From the NCBI RefSeq assembly GCF_965282765.1, contig NZ_OZ392461.1: a stretch of 24,000 nt of DNA; one strand, written 5' to 3'. The notes under the pieces were generated by a model. It saw nothing but the letters and a program-made list of their open reading frames with translations, was not told the origin of the DNA and ran no database searches. How positions within the stretch are numbered: position 1 is the stretch's first letter; every line of letters starts with the position of its first letter. Positions 8,401 to 20,771 of this stretch are shown one piece after another. A program made the position numbers and the translations under genes.

Positions 8401-10111
8401 GTTGACAATCAACTTTATCGTCGTCACCAAAGGGGCCGAGCGTATTTCCGAGGTTTCTGCCCGCTTTACCTTAGACGCGATGCCCGGTAAACAGATGGCG
8501 ATTGACGCCGATCTTAACGCTGGGTTGATCAACCAGGCGCAGGCGCAAACCCGGCGTAAAGATGTTGCCAGCGAGGCCGATTTCTACGGCGCGATGGACG
8601 GGGCATCGAAGTTTGTGCGCGGGGACGCCATCGCCGGGATGATGATTCTGGCGATCAACCTGATCGGCGGCGTCTGTATCGGCATCTTCAAATACAACCT
8701 GAGCGCCGACGCCGCCTTCCAGCAGTATGTGCTGATGACCATCGGCGACGGGCTGGTGGCGCAGATCCCGTCCCTGCTGCTCTCCACCGCAGCGGCAATT
8801 ATCGTCACCCGCGTCAGCGACAACGGCGATATCGCCCATGACGTGCGCCACCAGCTGCTGGCAAGCCCGTCGGTGCTCTACACCGCCACCGGGATCATGT
8901 TTGTGCTGGCGGTGGTGCCGGGGATGCCGCATCTGCCATTTTTGCTGTTCAGCGCCCTGCTTGGCTTTACCGGCTGGCGGATGAGCAAACGCCCGCAGGC
9001 GGCGGAGGCGGAGGAGAAAAGCCTCGAAACGCTGACCCGAACCATCACCGAAACCAGCGAGCAACAGGTCAGTTGGGAAACCATTCCGCTGATCGAGCCC
9101 ATCAGCTTAAGCCTCGGCTACAAGCTGGTGGCGCTAGTCGATAAAGCCCAAGGTAACCCGCTCACCCAGCGGATTCGCGGCGTGCGGCAGGTGATTTCCG
9201 ACGGCAACGGCGTGCTGCTGCCGGAGATCCGTATTCGGGAAAACTTCCGCCTCAAGCCCAGCCAGTACGCCATTTTCATCAATGGCATTAAGGCTGATGA
9301 AGCGGATATTCCGGCGGATAAACTGATGGCCCTGCCCTCCAGCGAAACCTACGGCGAGATTGACGGCGTGCTGGGGAACGACCCGGCGTACGGGATGCCG
9401 GTGACCTGGATCCAGCCCGCGCAGAAAGCGAAGGCGCTGAATATGGGGTATCAGGTGATCGACAGCGCCAGCGTGATTGCCACCCATGTGAATAAGATTG
9501 TGCGCAGCTATATTCCTGATTTATTTAACTATGACGATATTACGCAGTTGCATAATCGTTTGTCGTCGATGGCACCGCGACTGGCGGAAGATTTGAGCGC
9601 AGCGCTCAATTACAGCCAGTTGCTGAAAGTGTACCGTGCATTACTGACCGAAGGCGTTTCCCTGCGCGATATCGTCACCATCGCCACTGTGCTGGTCGCC
9701 AGTAGCACATTGACCAAAGATCATATTCTGCTGGCGGCCGATGTGCGCCTGGCGCTGCGGCGCAGCATTACCCATCCGTTCGTTCGCAAACAGGAGCTGA
9801 CGGTGTATACGCTGAATAATGAGCTGGAAAATCTGCTGACCAATGTGGTGAATCAGGCGCAACAGGCCGGCAAAGTGATGCTCGACAGCGTGCCGGTTGA
9901 CCCGAATATGCTCAACCAGTTCCAGAGTACGATGCCGCAGGTGAAGGAGCAGATGAAAGCAGCGGGGAAAGCCCCTGTGCTGCTGGTGCCGCCGCAGCTG
10001 CGTCCTTTGCTGGCGCGTTATGCAAGGTTGTTTGCGCCGGGTCTGCATGTGCTGTCGTATAACGAAGTGCCGGATGAGCTGGAGTTGAAGATTATGGGGG
10101 CGTTGAGTTGA
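8401..10111 (+). pseudogene. lfhA: lfhA (fhiA) remnant: FlhA-like lateral-flagellar export protein lacking about 110 N-terminal residues
   Basis: INFIVVTKGAERISEVSARFTLDAMPGKQMAIDADLNAGLI...MDGASKFVRGDAIAG is the conserved FlhA core, but the first TM helices are missing. It lies head to head with lafU, the known Flag-2 deletion scar. The lower boundary is approximate. Confidence 0.85.
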
Positions 10112-10117
10112 TGGCCT

Positions 10118-11660
<1,543 letters not shown>

Positions 11661-11810
11661 TGTAGGCATGATAAGACGCGCCAGCGTCGCATCAGGCACC
11701 GGTGCACAATTGCCGGATGCGGTGTGAACGCCTTATCCGGCCCACCGATCCGGCACAAGTTTGTAGGCATGATAAGACGCGCCTGCGTCGCATCAGGCAT
11801 CCGCGCACAA
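11661..11810. repeat. BIME/REP array, continuation of the array split by the IS; abuts the rayT stop
   Basis: tgtaggcatgataagacgcgccagcgtcgcatcaggcaccggtgcacaattgccggatgcggtgtgaacgccttatccggccc... are the same units as in 10118..10402. Confidence 0.9.
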
Positions 11811-12308
11811 TTATAAAATAATACGCTCCCCGGCACTAAAATCCGTTATGTCTCCCGCCCAATCAATGGGATATAACCCTCGCGCTACATCGCGATGGAA
11901 CGTTGAGAATGGCCAATCACTCACCTGCTTTACCCAGCCATGTTTCACTGGATTTATATAAATATAATCAACATGATGGCGATAATCTTTTGTATTGCGA
12001 ATGGCATGCTCCCAAAAACGCGGTTGCCAGATATTTTTCAATCCGCAAGCATGGGTGAACTGCTTTTTAATCTCCCGCCAGCGAGAGGAAAAATCATCAT
12101 CACTTTCGGGTAATGTCCAGATACAGTGCATATGCTCTGGCAAAACTACCCAGGCGTTAATTTCAAAAGGTCTGGCCTGCTTAACTTTAATAATGGCGTT
12201 ACGGAGTGTCTGGTACTGGGTGGTCAAAAGTTGGCTTCGACGATTCCGTAAATTTACCGTGAAAAACCATGTTCCCCCCTTGATGTAATAACGACGATAT
12301 TCAGACAT
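11811..12308 (-). CDS. rayT: REP-associated tyrosine transposase (RAYT, HUH/Y1 family)
   Basis: 165-aa ORF MSEYRRYYIKGGTWFFTVNLRNRR... with the HUH motif (PEHMHCIW) and a C-terminal tyrosine region (HVDYIYINPVKHG). REPs flank it on both sides. Recognised as YafM/RayT. Confidence 0.93.
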   Translation of the reverse strand: MSEYRRYYIKGGTWFFTVNLRNRRSQLLTTQYQTLRNAIIKVKQARPFEINAWVVLPEHMHCIWTLPESDDDFSSRWREIKKQFTHACGLKNIWQPRFWEHAIRNTKDYRHHVDYIYINPVKHGWVKQVSDWPFSTFHRDVARGLYPIDWAGDITDFSAGERIIL

Positions 12309-12404
12309 GGCGACTCCTTTTTCTCAACGATAAGAAGAAAAGGAAAAGTCGACAATGAAGTTGTGTTATATCGGGAAAGCAGCTCGCAAAAAATTCGCAG
12401 ACTC

Positions 12405-12488
12405 GTAGGCATGATAAGACGCGGCAGCGTCGCATCAGGCATCGGTGCACTATTGCCGGATGCGGCGTGAACGCCTTATCCGTCCTAC
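12405..12488. repeat. REP pair (BIME) between rayT and yafL
   Basis: gtaggcatgataagacgcggcagcgtcgcatcaggcat...gccggatgcggcgtgaacgccttatccgtcctac. The last bases overlap the yafL stop codon. Confidence 0.88.
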
Positions 12489-13243
12489 AAAATCGTCTCT
12501 TCCGTCAAAATCCTGCGCGCGCCTAAAAAATGATCCTGCCAGAAAGGTTCAGCTAACCGACTTACCCGAATGGTTTCCCCGGTGCGCGGCGACTCGATAA
12601 ACTGACCGTCTCCCAGATACACGCCCATATGATCGGCAATCTCACGGCTGTGAATATGGAAAAACAGCAAATCTCCCCGGCGCAGGTCGTTATTCGCCAC
12701 AATCGTTGCCCGATGGTAGTGATACATCTCATTGGCCGTGCGCGGGAGCTTCGCCTCGAGGATCTTGTTGTAGGCATAAAAAACCAACCCGCTACAGTCG
12801 AAGCCTTGATCGGGCCGCGTGCCGCCCCAGACGTAAGGCTTACCAAGCTGCTGCTCCAGGCGGTGAATCGCCACTTCGGTGATGTTGTGCAGATGGTCGC
12901 TGCTTAAGAAATGGTTGTTCTCCGCCAGCGCCTGCCAGCGTCTGTCACTCGCCTTGAGCGGCGCAGGAAACCATTCTGGATGCTGTTTTATCTGTTCGCG
13001 GTTGTGCTGGCGCAGCGCCTTTCTGCTTTCGGCATTGCCTTCCACAATATAGCTGGCCTGTTTTTTCAGATGGGTTTGGTACTGTTTTAATAAACGCGCA
13101 CGGTTTTGCATCCGCTGGCGGGCGGCGTAGCTGAAAGAGATATGTGATGTGGTGGCGCTGGCGAGTAAAGGGAGCAAAACGCATAACGAAAACACGCCTG
13201 GATGCAGAAATCTGCCGTGAAAGAACGAAGACATGAAGGACAT
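12485..13243 (-). CDS. yafL: NlpC/P60-family peptidoglycan endopeptidase-like protein YafL
   Basis: 252-aa ORF with a signal-like N-terminus and an NlpC/P60 core (GKPYVWGGTRPDQGFDCSGLVFYAY...ADHMGVYLGDGQFIESP). The start codon is uncertain (M1 or M4). Confidence 0.9.
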   Translation of the reverse strand: MSFMSSFFHGRFLHPGVFSLCVLLPLLASATTSHISFSYAARQRMQNRARLLKQYQTHLKKQASYIVEGNAESRKALRQHNREQIKQHPEWFPAPLKASDRRWQALAENNHFLSSDHLHNITEVAIHRLEQQLGKPYVWGGTRPDQGFDCSGLVFYAYNKILEAKLPRTANEMYHYHRATIVANNDLRRGDLLFFHIHSREIADHMGVYLGDGQFIESPRTGETIRVSRLAEPFWQDHFLGARRILTEETIL

Positions 13244-13534
13244 AAACCGGCTGAATGAAGGGGAGAATTTTAAAAGACCGGAGGAGTAAACGGGATTATT
13301 AATTGCTTATTTGCATATTACTATTGAGGTTTCATAATCTTAGGAAATAAATGATACATGCGCTTTTCGGACTAATGAAAACTGCCCCTGTGCTAAATTT
13401 GTAAACCCTGCGCCGACAGGCTTGCGTAAAACTCTTTTGGTGATAATGTGAGCCTTCCAAATCCAGACTATTCCGATTTGGGATCCATTTTGCCGTCCTG
13501 GCGTGTGTAACCGTTTTATCAAGGAATAAGCAGT

Positions 13535-14275
13535 ATGCGTAAAATCGCATTAATTCTTGCGATGTTGTTGATCCCGTGCGTTTCGTTTGCCGGTTTGCTG
13601 GGCAGCAGTAGCTCGACCACGCCAGTGAGCAAAGAGTATAAGCAGCAGTTGATGGGATCCCCTGTCTACATCCAGATCTTCAAGGAAGAACGTACGCTCG
13701 ATCTCTACGTCAAAATGGGCGAGCAATATCAACTGCTCGACAGCTATAAAATCTGTAAATATTCCGGCGGCTTAGGACCAAAACAGCGTCAGGGCGATTT
13801 CAAAAGCCCGGAAGGGTTTTATAGCGTCCAGCGTAATCAGTTAAAACCAGACAGCCGTTACTACAAAGCGATTAATATTGGATTCCCCAATGCCTATGAC
13901 CGTGCGCATGGTTATGAAGGGAAATACCTGATGATCCACGGCGATTGTGTTTCCATCGGCTGCTACGCGATGACCAATCAGGGTATTGATGAGATCTTCC
14001 AGTTCGTTACTGGTGCGCTGGTGTTTGGTCAGCCGAGCGTGCAAGTGAGTATTTACCCGTTCCGTATGACCGACGCTAATATGAAGCGCCATAAGTATTC
14101 CAACTTTAAGGACTTCTGGGAGCAACTGAAACCGGGCTACGACTACTTTGAGCAAACCCGTAAGCCACCGACCGTTTCTGTGGTCAATGGCCGTTACGTG
14201 GTCAGCAAGCCGTTAAGCCACGAAGTTGTGCAACCACAGCTGGCATCAAACTACACGCTCCCCGAGGCAAAATAA
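13535..14275 (+). CDS. yafK: YkuD-fold L,D-transpeptidase-like periplasmic protein YafK (LdtF/DpaA)
   Basis: 246-aa [26 protein letters not shown]... with the YkuD-type active-site region [15 protein letters not shown]. Recognised as YafK. Confidence 0.95.
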   Translation: MRKIALILAMLLIPCVSFAGLLGSSSSTTPVSKEYKQQLMGSPVYIQIFKEERTLDLYVKMGEQYQLLDSYKICKYSGGLGPKQRQGDFKSPEGFYSVQRNQLKPDSRYYKAINIGFPNAYDRAHGYEGKYLMIHGDCVSIGCYAMTNQGIDEIFQFVTGALVFGQPSVQVSIYPFRMTDANMKRHKYSNFKDFWEQLKPGYDYFEQTRKPPTVSVVNGRYVVSKPLSHEVVQPQLASNYTLPEAK

Positions 14276-15013
14276 GCGCCATTCGCCTGGCATAATCTTT
14301 TGCCAGGTTTCATTGCCCGTCAGCGGCTGTGTCGCAATCACCGTGACCACATCATTAGGTGTGGTCTGCGAGCTGAAGTCGATTTCCACATCCTGATCCA
14401 GCAACGTTGCCACGCCAAACGGCGCGCGGCGGGTGATCCAGTGTAAATTAGTCGAGCAATACGCCATTACATAGCGCCCGTCTGAAAGCAGCATGTTGAA
14501 AACGCCCTTCTGCCGCAGTTCATCCGCCAGTGAGGCGATATATTTAAACACTGCCGCCATGTTGCCCGGTGTGCGCGGGTAACGCTGCGTTAATTTATGC
14601 AGGAGCCAGCAAAAGGCTTTTTCGCTATCGGTTTCACCGACCGGGCGGAAGTTGCCGGTTTCCAGTGATTTGTAGCCCGTCAGTTGCCCGTTATGGGCAT
14701 AAGTCCAGTTGCGTCCCCATAACTCGCGGGTAAACGGGTGAGTATTTTCCAGCGCCACCTCGCCCCGATTGGCCTGCCGAATATGAGCCACAACCGAACA
14801 GGATTTTATCGGGTAGTCCTGGACAAGTTTGGCGATGGGGGAATTAAAGCTGGGTTGTGGATCTTTAAATGTGCGACAGCCTTTACCTTCGTAAAAGGTG
14901 ATGCCCCAGCCATCTTTATGTGGCCCGGTTCCACCACCACGCTGTACAAGCCCGGTGAAACTAAAGCAGATATCGGTAGGGACGTTGGCGCTCATCCCGA
15001 GCAATTCGCACAT
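14246..15013 (-). CDS. yafJ: Class II (Ntn) glutamine amidotransferase-like protein YafJ
   Basis: The start is taken at [19 protein letters not shown]..., giving the N-terminal Cys after Met typical of Ntn amidotransferases. This is 255 aa. The track ORF begins 5 codons earlier. Confidence 0.92.
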   Translation of the reverse strand: MCELLGMSANVPTDICFSFTGLVQRGGGTGPHKDGWGITFYEGKGCRTFKDPQPSFNSPIAKLVQDYPIKSCSVVAHIRQANRGEVALENTHPFTRELWGRNWTYAHNGQLTGYKSLETGNFRPVGETDSEKAFCWLLHKLTQRYPRTPGNMAAVFKYIASLADELRQKGVFNMLLSDGRYVMAYCSTNLHWITRRAPFGVATLLDQDVEIDFSSQTTPNDVVTVIATQPLTGNETWQKIMPGEWRLFCLGERVV

Positions 15014-15076
15014 GGGTAACCTCCACAACAGCGGGAGCGCATGGCCCCCGGCGAAGATTGATTTAAGTATTTTCAG

Positions 15077-15211
<135 letters not shown>

Positions 15212-15218
15212 GCCAGAC

Positions 15219-15797
15219 TTACTTAACCATCTCTTTTTCAATTAACTGGATCAGGATATGGATCACTTTAATGTGGATCTCCTGAATGCGGTCGGCATAA
15301 CCAAAGTGCGGTACGCGAATTTCGATATCCGCTGTGCCAGCCATTTTACCGCCGTCTTTACCGGTCAGGGTGATCACTTTCATCCCCTTCTCACGCGCCG
15401 CCGCGATCGCTTTGATCACGTTTGCAGAGTTACCTGAGGTGGAGATCCCCAGCAGTACATCGCCTTCGCGACCTACCGCTTCAACGTAACGGGAGAAAAT
15501 ATCATTGAAACCAAAATCGTTACCGACGCAGGAAATATGACTAACGTCGGAAATGGCAATCGCCGGGTAGCCCGGACGGTTTTCACGGTAGCGACCGGTC
15601 AACTCTTCGGCAAAGTGCATAGCGTCGCAATGGGAGCCGCCGTTGCCGCAGGAAAGCACTTTGCCACCAGCTTTAAAGCTGTCTGCTAACAGGACCGCCG
15701 CGCGCTGAATGGCGTGAATATTGGCGTCATCTTTTAAAAAGTTAGCCAGCGTTTCCGCCGCTTCGTTCAGTTCGTTACGAATAAGATCCTGGTACAT
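15219..15797 (-). CDS. gmhA: Sedoheptulose-7-phosphate isomerase (LPS core heptose synthesis)
   Basis: 192 aa from [24 protein letters not shown]... with a SIS domain ([18 protein letters not shown]). The track ORF (246 aa) is an upstream in-frame extension. Confidence 0.96.
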
Positions 15798-15998
15798 GAG
15801 GATATCCTTCAGCATAAATGTAATAGACAAAATGCAGTGTACCGGATACCGCCAAAAGCGAGAAGTACGGGCAGGTGCTATGACCAGGACTTTTTGACCT
15901 GAAGTGCGGATAAAAACAGCAACAATGTGAGCTTTGTTGTAATTATATTGTAAACACATTGCTAAATGTTTTTACATCCACTACAACCATATCATCAC

Positions 15999-16015
15999 AA
16001 GTGGTCAGACCTCCT
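15999..16015 (+). promoter_or_regulatory. FadR operator upstream of fadE
   Basis: aaGTGGTCAGACCTcct matches the FadR half-site core TGGTCnGACnT. It lies 22 nt upstream of the fadE ATG, and fadE is a known FadR-repressed gene. Confidence 0.6.
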
Positions 16016-16036
16016 ACAAGTAAGGGGCTTTTCGTT

Positions 16037-18481
16037 ATGATGATTTTGAGTATTCTCGCTACGGTTGTCCTGCTCGGCGCGTTGTTCTATCACCGCGTGA
16101 GCTTATTTATCAGCAGTCTGATTTTGCTCGCCTGGACAGCCGCCCTCGGCGTTGCTGGTCTGTGGTCGGCGTGGGTACTGGTGCCTCTGGCCATTATCCT
16201 CGTGCCATTTAACTTTGCGCCTATGCGTAAGTCGATGATTTCCGCGCCGGTATTTCGCGGTTTCCGTAAGGTAATGCCGCCGATGTCGCGCACTGAGAAA
16301 GAAGCGATTGATGCGGGCACCACCTGGTGGGAGGGCGACTTGTTCCAGGGCAAGCCGGACTGGAAAAAGCTGCATAACTATCCGCAGCCGCGCCTGACCG
16401 CAGAAGAGCAAGCGTTTCTCGACGGCCCGGTAGAAGAAGCCTGCCGGATGGCGAATGATTTCCAGATTACTCATGAGCTGGCGGATCTGCCGCCGGAGTT
16501 GTGGGCGTACCTTAAAGAGCATCGTTTCTTCGCGATGATCATCAAAAAAGAGTACGGCGGGCTGGAGTTCTCGGCTTATGCCCAGTCTCGCGTGCTGCAA
16601 AAACTCTCCGGCGTGAGCGGGATCCTGGCGATTACCGTCGGTGTGCCAAACTCATTAGGCCCGGGTGAGCTACTGCAACATTACGGCACTGACGAGCAGA
16701 AAGATCACTATCTGCCGCGTCTGGCGCGTGGTCAGGAAATCCCTTGCTTTGCACTGACCAGCCCGGAAGCGGGTTCCGATGCGGGCGCGATTCCGGATAC
16801 CGGAATTGTCTGCATGGGGGAATGGCAGGGCCAGCAGGTGCTGGGGATGCGTCTGACCTGGAACAAACGTTACATTACGCTCGCACCGATTGCGACCGTG
16901 CTTGGTCTGGCGTTTAAACTATCCGACCCGGAAAAACTGCTGGGTGGCGCAGAAGATTTAGGTATTACCTGTGCGCTGATCCCGACCACCACGCCGGGCG
17001 TGGAAATTGGTCGTCGCCACTTCCCGCTGAACGTGCCGTTCCAGAACGGACCGACGCGCGGTAAAGATGTCTTCGTACCGATCGATTACATTATCGGCGG
17101 GCCGAAAATGGCCGGACAAGGCTGGCGGATGCTGGTGGAGTGCCTCTCGGTAGGCCGCGGTATCACCCTGCCTTCCAACTCAACCGGCGGCGTGAAATCG
17201 GTAGCGCTGGCAACGGGTGCGTATGCGCACATCCGCCGTCAGTTCAAAATCTCTATTGGTAAGATGGAAGGGATTGAAGAGCCGCTGGCGCGTATTGCCG
17301 GAAACGCTTATGTAATGGATGCTGCGGCATCGCTGATTACCTACGGCATTATGCTCGGTGAAAAACCTGCCGTGCTGTCGGCTATCGTTAAGTATCACTG
17401 TACCCACCGTGGGCAGCAGTCGATTATTGATGCGATGGATATCACTGGTGGCAAAGGCATTATGCTCGGGCAGAGCAACTTCCTGGCCCGTGCTTACCAG
17501 GGCGCACCGATTGCCATCACCGTTGAAGGGGCCAACATTCTGACCCGTAGCATGATGATCTTCGGTCAGGGGGCGATTCGTTGCCATCCGTACGTGCTGG
17601 AAGAGATGGAAGCGGCGAAGAACAATGACGTAAACGCGTTCGATAAACTGCTGTTCAAACATATCGGTCACGTCGGTAGCAACAAAGTTCGCAGCTTCTG
17701 GCTGGGCCTGACGCGCGGTTTAACCAGCAGCACGCCAACCGGCGATGCCACTAAACGCTACTATCAGCACCTGAACCGCCTGAGCGCCAACCTCGCCCTG
17801 CTTTCTGATGTCTCGATGGCTGTGCTGGGCGGCAGCTTGAAACGTCGCGAGCGTATCTCGGCACGTCTGGGGGATATTTTAAGCCAGCTTTACCTCGCCT
17901 CTGCCGTTCTGAAGCGTTATGACGACGAAGGCCGTAATGAAGCCGACCTGCCGCTGGTGCACTGGGGCGTACAGGATGCGCTGTATCAGGCAGAGCAGGC
18001 GATGGACGATTTACTGCAAAACTTCCCGAACCGCGTGGTTGCCGGGCTGCTGAATGTGGTGATCTTCCCGACCGGACGTCATTATCTGGCACCGTCTGAC
18101 AAGCTGGATCATAAGGTGGCGAAGATTTTACAAGTGCCGAACGCCACCCGTTCACGTATTGGTCGCGGTCAGTACCTGACCCCGAGCGAGCATAACCCGG
18201 TTGGTTTACTGGAAGAGGCGCTGGTGGATGTGATTGCCGCCGACCCAATTCATCAGCGGATCTGTAAAGAGCTGGGTAAAAACCTGCCGTTTACCCGTCT
18301 GGATGAACTGGCGCATAACGCGCTGGCGAAGGGGCTGATTGATAAAGATGAAGCCGCTATTCTTGTGAAAGCTGAAGAAAGCCGTCTGCGCAGTATTAAT
18401 GTCGATGACTTTGATCCGGAAGAGCTTGCGACGAAGCCGGTAAAGTTGCCGGAGAAAGTGCGAAAAGTTGAAGCCGCGTAA
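16037..18481 (+). CDS. fadE: Acyl-CoA dehydrogenase FadE (beta-oxidation)
   Basis: 814 aa from [24 protein letters not shown]..., recognised as FadE. The track ORF adds 26 upstream codons that run through the FadR box. Confidence 0.96.
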   Translation: MMILSILATVVLLGALFYHRVSLFISSLILLAWTAALGVAGLWSAWVLVPLAIILVPFNFAPMRKSMISAPVFRGFRKVMPPMSRTEKEAIDAGTTWWEGDLFQGKPDWKKLHNYPQPRLTAEEQAFLDGPVEEACRMANDFQITHELADLPPELWAYLKEHRFFAMIIKKEYGGLEFSAYAQSRVLQKLSGVSGILAITVGVPNSLGPGELLQHYGTDEQKDHYLPRLARGQEIPCFALTSPEAGSDAGAIPDTGIVCMGEWQGQQVLGMRLTWNKRYITLAPIATVLGLAFKLSDPEKLLGGAEDLGITCALIPTTTPGVEIGRRHFPLNVPFQNGPTRGKDVFVPIDYIIGGPKMAGQGWRMLVECLSVGRGITLPSNSTGGVKSVALATGAYAHIRRQFKISIGKMEGIEEPLARIAGNAYVMDAAASLITYGIMLGEKPAVLSAIVKYHCTHRGQQSIIDAMDITGGKGIMLGQSNFLARAYQGAPIAITVEGANILTRSMMIFGQGAIRCHPYVLEEMEAAKNNDVNAFDKLLFKHIGHVGSNKVRSFWLGLTRGLTSSTPTGDATKRYYQHLNRLSANLALLSDVSMAVLGGSLKRRERISARLGDILSQLYLASAVLKRYDDEGRNEADLPLVHWGVQDALYQAEQAMDDLLQNFPNRVVAGLLNVVIFPTGRHYLAPSDKLDHKVAKILQVPNATRSRIGRGQYLTPSEHNPVGLLEEALVDVIAADPIHQRICKELGKNLPFTRLDELAHNALAKGLIDKDEAAILVKAEESRLRSINVDDFDPEELATKPVKLPEKVRKVEAA

Positions 18482-18489
18482 TTGAATAA

Positions 18490-18514
18490 CGGAGCCGAAA
18501 GGCTCCGTTTCTTT
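18490..18514 (+). terminator. Rho-independent terminator after fadE
   Basis: cggagcc-gaaa-ggctccg (7-bp GC-rich stem, GAAA loop) followed by tttcttt. It lies between the convergent fadE and ivy genes. Confidence 0.75.
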
Positions 18515-18523
18515 ATCCGCTAA

Positions 18524-18997
18524 TTATTTAAAATTAAAACCATCCGGATGGTTTTCCAGGCTGCCGGTCAACGCCGCGAACAGCACCGTTTTACCATCAA
18601 TCGAAAGCGCATCGTTCACATTCAACCAGGTGAGTTTCTCTTGCGACGTTTTCTCATCAATAGTCGAGAACAGCCCCGTCATCTGATTAGATTTCTCGGA
18701 CCACATCACAGCGATACGTTGCGAGCCACAGTCATGCGGTTTGCACGCGCTCATCACCTGATACGTCTCATCTCCCAACGTTACGGTTTGTGCGGGAGTA
18801 TAAGTACCGCCTTTCATCACCCATGCAGGCAGCTTATGCCCTTGCACCATCTGATTAAACGCAGCTTTGGTGGTTTCGCCCTTTGCAAGGCTGCTAATGG
18901 TTAAATCATCCTGCGCCATTGCACTGGTGGCGATGACCAGAGCGGCGACTGTCGTTATTGCCTTAAACATCATTCCTCCCGAGCTTATCCTGCCCAT
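18524..18997 (-). CDS. ivy: Inhibitor of vertebrate C-type lysozyme (periplasmic)
   Basis: 157-aa ORF MGRISSGGMMFKAITTVAALVIATSAMAQDD... containing the CKPHDCG inhibitory loop. Recognised as Ivy. Confidence 0.95.
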   Translation of the reverse strand: MGRISSGGMMFKAITTVAALVIATSAMAQDDLTISSLAKGETTKAAFNQMVQGHKLPAWVMKGGTYTPAQTVTLGDETYQVMSACKPHDCGSQRIAVMWSEKSNQMTGLFSTIDEKTSQEKLTWLNVNDALSIDGKTVLFAALTGSLENHPDGFNFK

Positions 18998-19150
18998 GTT
19001 ATTAACCTCCTAAAGCCTGGCGATAACACGATAATTTGCAAATCAGATATTTCCAATATCAGCATTTGTTATCAATTTATTCTGCGCTAAGGCAACTGCC
19101 TGATAAGGTGTTAAAGTTATAAAACCCTTCGCATAAAGGAGTTGTACACC

Positions 19151-19921
19151 GTGCCTGGTTTGAAGATTACGCTTTTGCAGCAACCACTGGTGTGGATGGA
19201 TGGTCCTGCCAACCTGCGTCATTTTGATCGTCAACTGGAAGATATTACCGGACGCGATGTGATCGTTCTACCGGAGATGTTTACCAGCGGCTTTGCCATG
19301 GAAGCGGCAGCTTCGTCGCTAGCACAAGATGACGTAGTGAACTGGATGACAGCCAAAGCGCAGCAGTGCAATGCGCTGATTGCAGGCAGTGTTGCATTAC
19401 AAACGGAGTCTGGTTCGGTTAACCGCTTTTTGCTGGTTGAGCCAGGCGGCACGGTACATTTTTATGATAAGCGTCATCTGTTCCGCATGGCAGATGAGCA
19501 TCTGCATTATAAAGCGGGCAATGCGCGAGTGATTGTGGAATGGCGCGGCTGGCGTATTTTGCCGCTGGTGTGCTACGACTTACGTTTTCCTGTGTGGTCG
19601 CGCAATCTCAACGATTACGACCTCGCCCTGTACGTCGCCAACTGGCCGGCTCCGCGCTCTCTGCACTGGCAGGCATTGCTGACGGCCCGCGCGATTGAGA
19701 ATCAAGCGTATGTGGCGGGATGCAATCGCGTCGGCAGCGATGGCAACGGCTGCCATTATCGCGGTGACAGCCGGGTGATTAATCCACAGGGCGAGATTAT
19801 CGCCACCGCCGACGCGCATCAGGCAACGCGCATTGATGCGGAGCTGTCGATGGCGGCATTGCGGGAATATAGAGAAAAGTTTCCGGCATGGCGGGATGCG
19901 GATGAGTTTAGGTTGTGGTGA
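19151..19921 (+). CDS. yafV: Nitrilase-superfamily omega-amidase (2-oxoglutaramate amidase) YafV
   Basis: 256 aa from the GTG at 19151 ([23 protein letters not shown]...), with AAGGAG 9 nt upstream. The C-N hydrolase motifs are present (LPEMF, catalytic Cys in LVCYDLRFP). The track start at 19142 (TTG) abuts the SD and is unlikely. Confidence 0.92.
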   Translation: MPGLKITLLQQPLVWMDGPANLRHFDRQLEDITGRDVIVLPEMFTSGFAMEAAASSLAQDDVVNWMTAKAQQCNALIAGSVALQTESGSVNRFLLVEPGGTVHFYDKRHLFRMADEHLHYKAGNARVIVEWRGWRILPLVCYDLRFPVWSRNLNDYDLALYVANWPAPRSLHWQALLTARAIENQAYVAGCNRVGSDGNGCHYRGDSRVINPQGEIIATADAHQATRIDAELSMAALREYREKFPAWRDADEFRLW

Positions 19922-19952
19922 GTGGGTGTTGTGTTTAGGGCCGGGGAGAGTC

Positions 19953-20178
19953 GGGCTAAGACTACGAAAGCCCGCTCCCCTGCGACCACTTTTATCATAG
20001 GAGTGTGGAAGCGCTTTTCCATCAATTGCGATGACGTCTTTATCATTTGATGAATGGCAATCTCGCATCCAGTTAATAAAGCATTCGTGAAATTATACTG
20101 AACGGATACAAGACATAACTCTAATTATGGTGCCGTGAACAGAATTACCATTTTCAAAATTACGATATTATTTGCAGT
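19953..20178 (-). pseudogene. Degenerate, internally deleted and 5'-truncated ISAs1-family (H-repeat) IS copy (yafF-like)
   Basis: 19953..19980 resembles the IS left end (ggctaagactacgaaagcccgctcccc versus gggcaagattacgaaagcccgctcccc at 21387). From 19981 the sequence aligns, roughly 80% by eye, with 22165..22360 of the intact copy. The reading frame gives [32 protein letters not shown]. The junction falls at an 8-bp repeat, cgctcccc. Confidence 0.75.
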
Positions 20179-20192
20179 AATTATGTTATTAA

Positions 20193-20705
20193 TCATTGTG
20201 ATATTTCCATCTCTGTGATTAATACCGGATAAGCATTTAATTGCAGAGTTTGCACGAAATTATCGCAGATAACTGGCAATAACAATAACCCATCAGCCCG
20301 CTGCTGTAATACCTCCATTCGTTCTACTGATTCAACATTAACAACCAAACCAAGGGCATTTAGCGATTTAAGGATCTCCAGATGTTCACTCATCCAGCGC
20401 AGAGAAAAAGGATCATCACCAATTATAAAAACAGGCCCCCAGCCGGTTAATAACTGGCGTTTCATTACGGAGCCAGGATGAAGTCGAGTACATATTACAG
20501 GAAATACCCCCTGTTGCGATGGTTCCGATGATGTGGATAATTCAGAAATATTTTCCATTGTTAGTGAAGAATTAACATCCATTAATAATGGTGAAACAAC
20601 CTCACTTTCCTTGCTAGTAATGGCTGCACTAATCTGAAAGGAAAATAACAATATTATTACGTATAAACTTATTTTTAACATAACACATTCAATCCGTTTA
20701 TTCAT
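20193..20705 (-). CDS. Secreted/periplasmic protein with a C-terminal region resembling the ICE-associated PFL_4695 family (TIGR03765), assigned from memory
   Basis: 170-aa ORF in visibly AT-rich DNA with a signal-like N-terminus (MLKISLYVIILLFSFQISA). The C-terminal block PVFIIGDDPFSLRWMSEHLEILKSLNALGLVVNVESVERMEVLQQRADGLLLLPVICDNFVQTLQLNAYPVLITEMEISQ resembles the ...LFLIGDD...GLVVNV...YPVLIT..GIEQ pattern I recall for that family. Not verified by a search. Confidence 0.5.
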   Translation of the reverse strand: MNKRIECVMLKISLYVIILLFSFQISAAITSKESEVVSPLLMDVNSSLTMENISELSTSSEPSQQGVFPVICTRLHPGSVMKRQLLTGWGPVFIIGDDPFSLRWMSEHLEILKSLNALGLVVNVESVERMEVLQQRADGLLLLPVICDNFVQTLQLNAYPVLITEMEISQ

Positions 20706-20771
20706 GTTATAGAATAATAATGCTATAAATCATCATTAATGTTCAATTATTTAATCACACAATTTAAAAAA

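Noticed and set aside
7642-8532. 296-aa ORF as an intact MotB-like protein
   Set aside because: The N-terminal 45 or so residues are antisense lfhA sequence read across the Flag-2 deletion junction, and the MotB transmembrane segment is absent.
13351-13404. 17-codon ORF (MIHALFGLMKTAPVLNL) with an AGGA 5 nt upstream, in the yafL-yafK intergenic region
   Set aside because: It is a short ORF in AT-rich intergenic DNA with a weak SD and no other support, indistinguishable from chance.
14246-14275. 30-bp convergent overlap of the yafK and yafJ 3' ends as a possible antisense regulatory arrangement
   Set aside because: Both proteins end at their expected lengths (246 and 255 aa), so this appears to be the native backbone arrangement. 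Nothing else in the sequence suggests a special function.
15798-16036. Upstream in-frame extensions of track ORFs (gmhA to 15959, fadE from 15959; likewise prfH to 4065, yafJ to 15028, yafV from 19142)
   Set aside because: The known protein lengths and N-termini match the internal starts. The extensions run through regulatory sites (the FadR box), into the neighbouring gene (rtcB2), or abut the SD.
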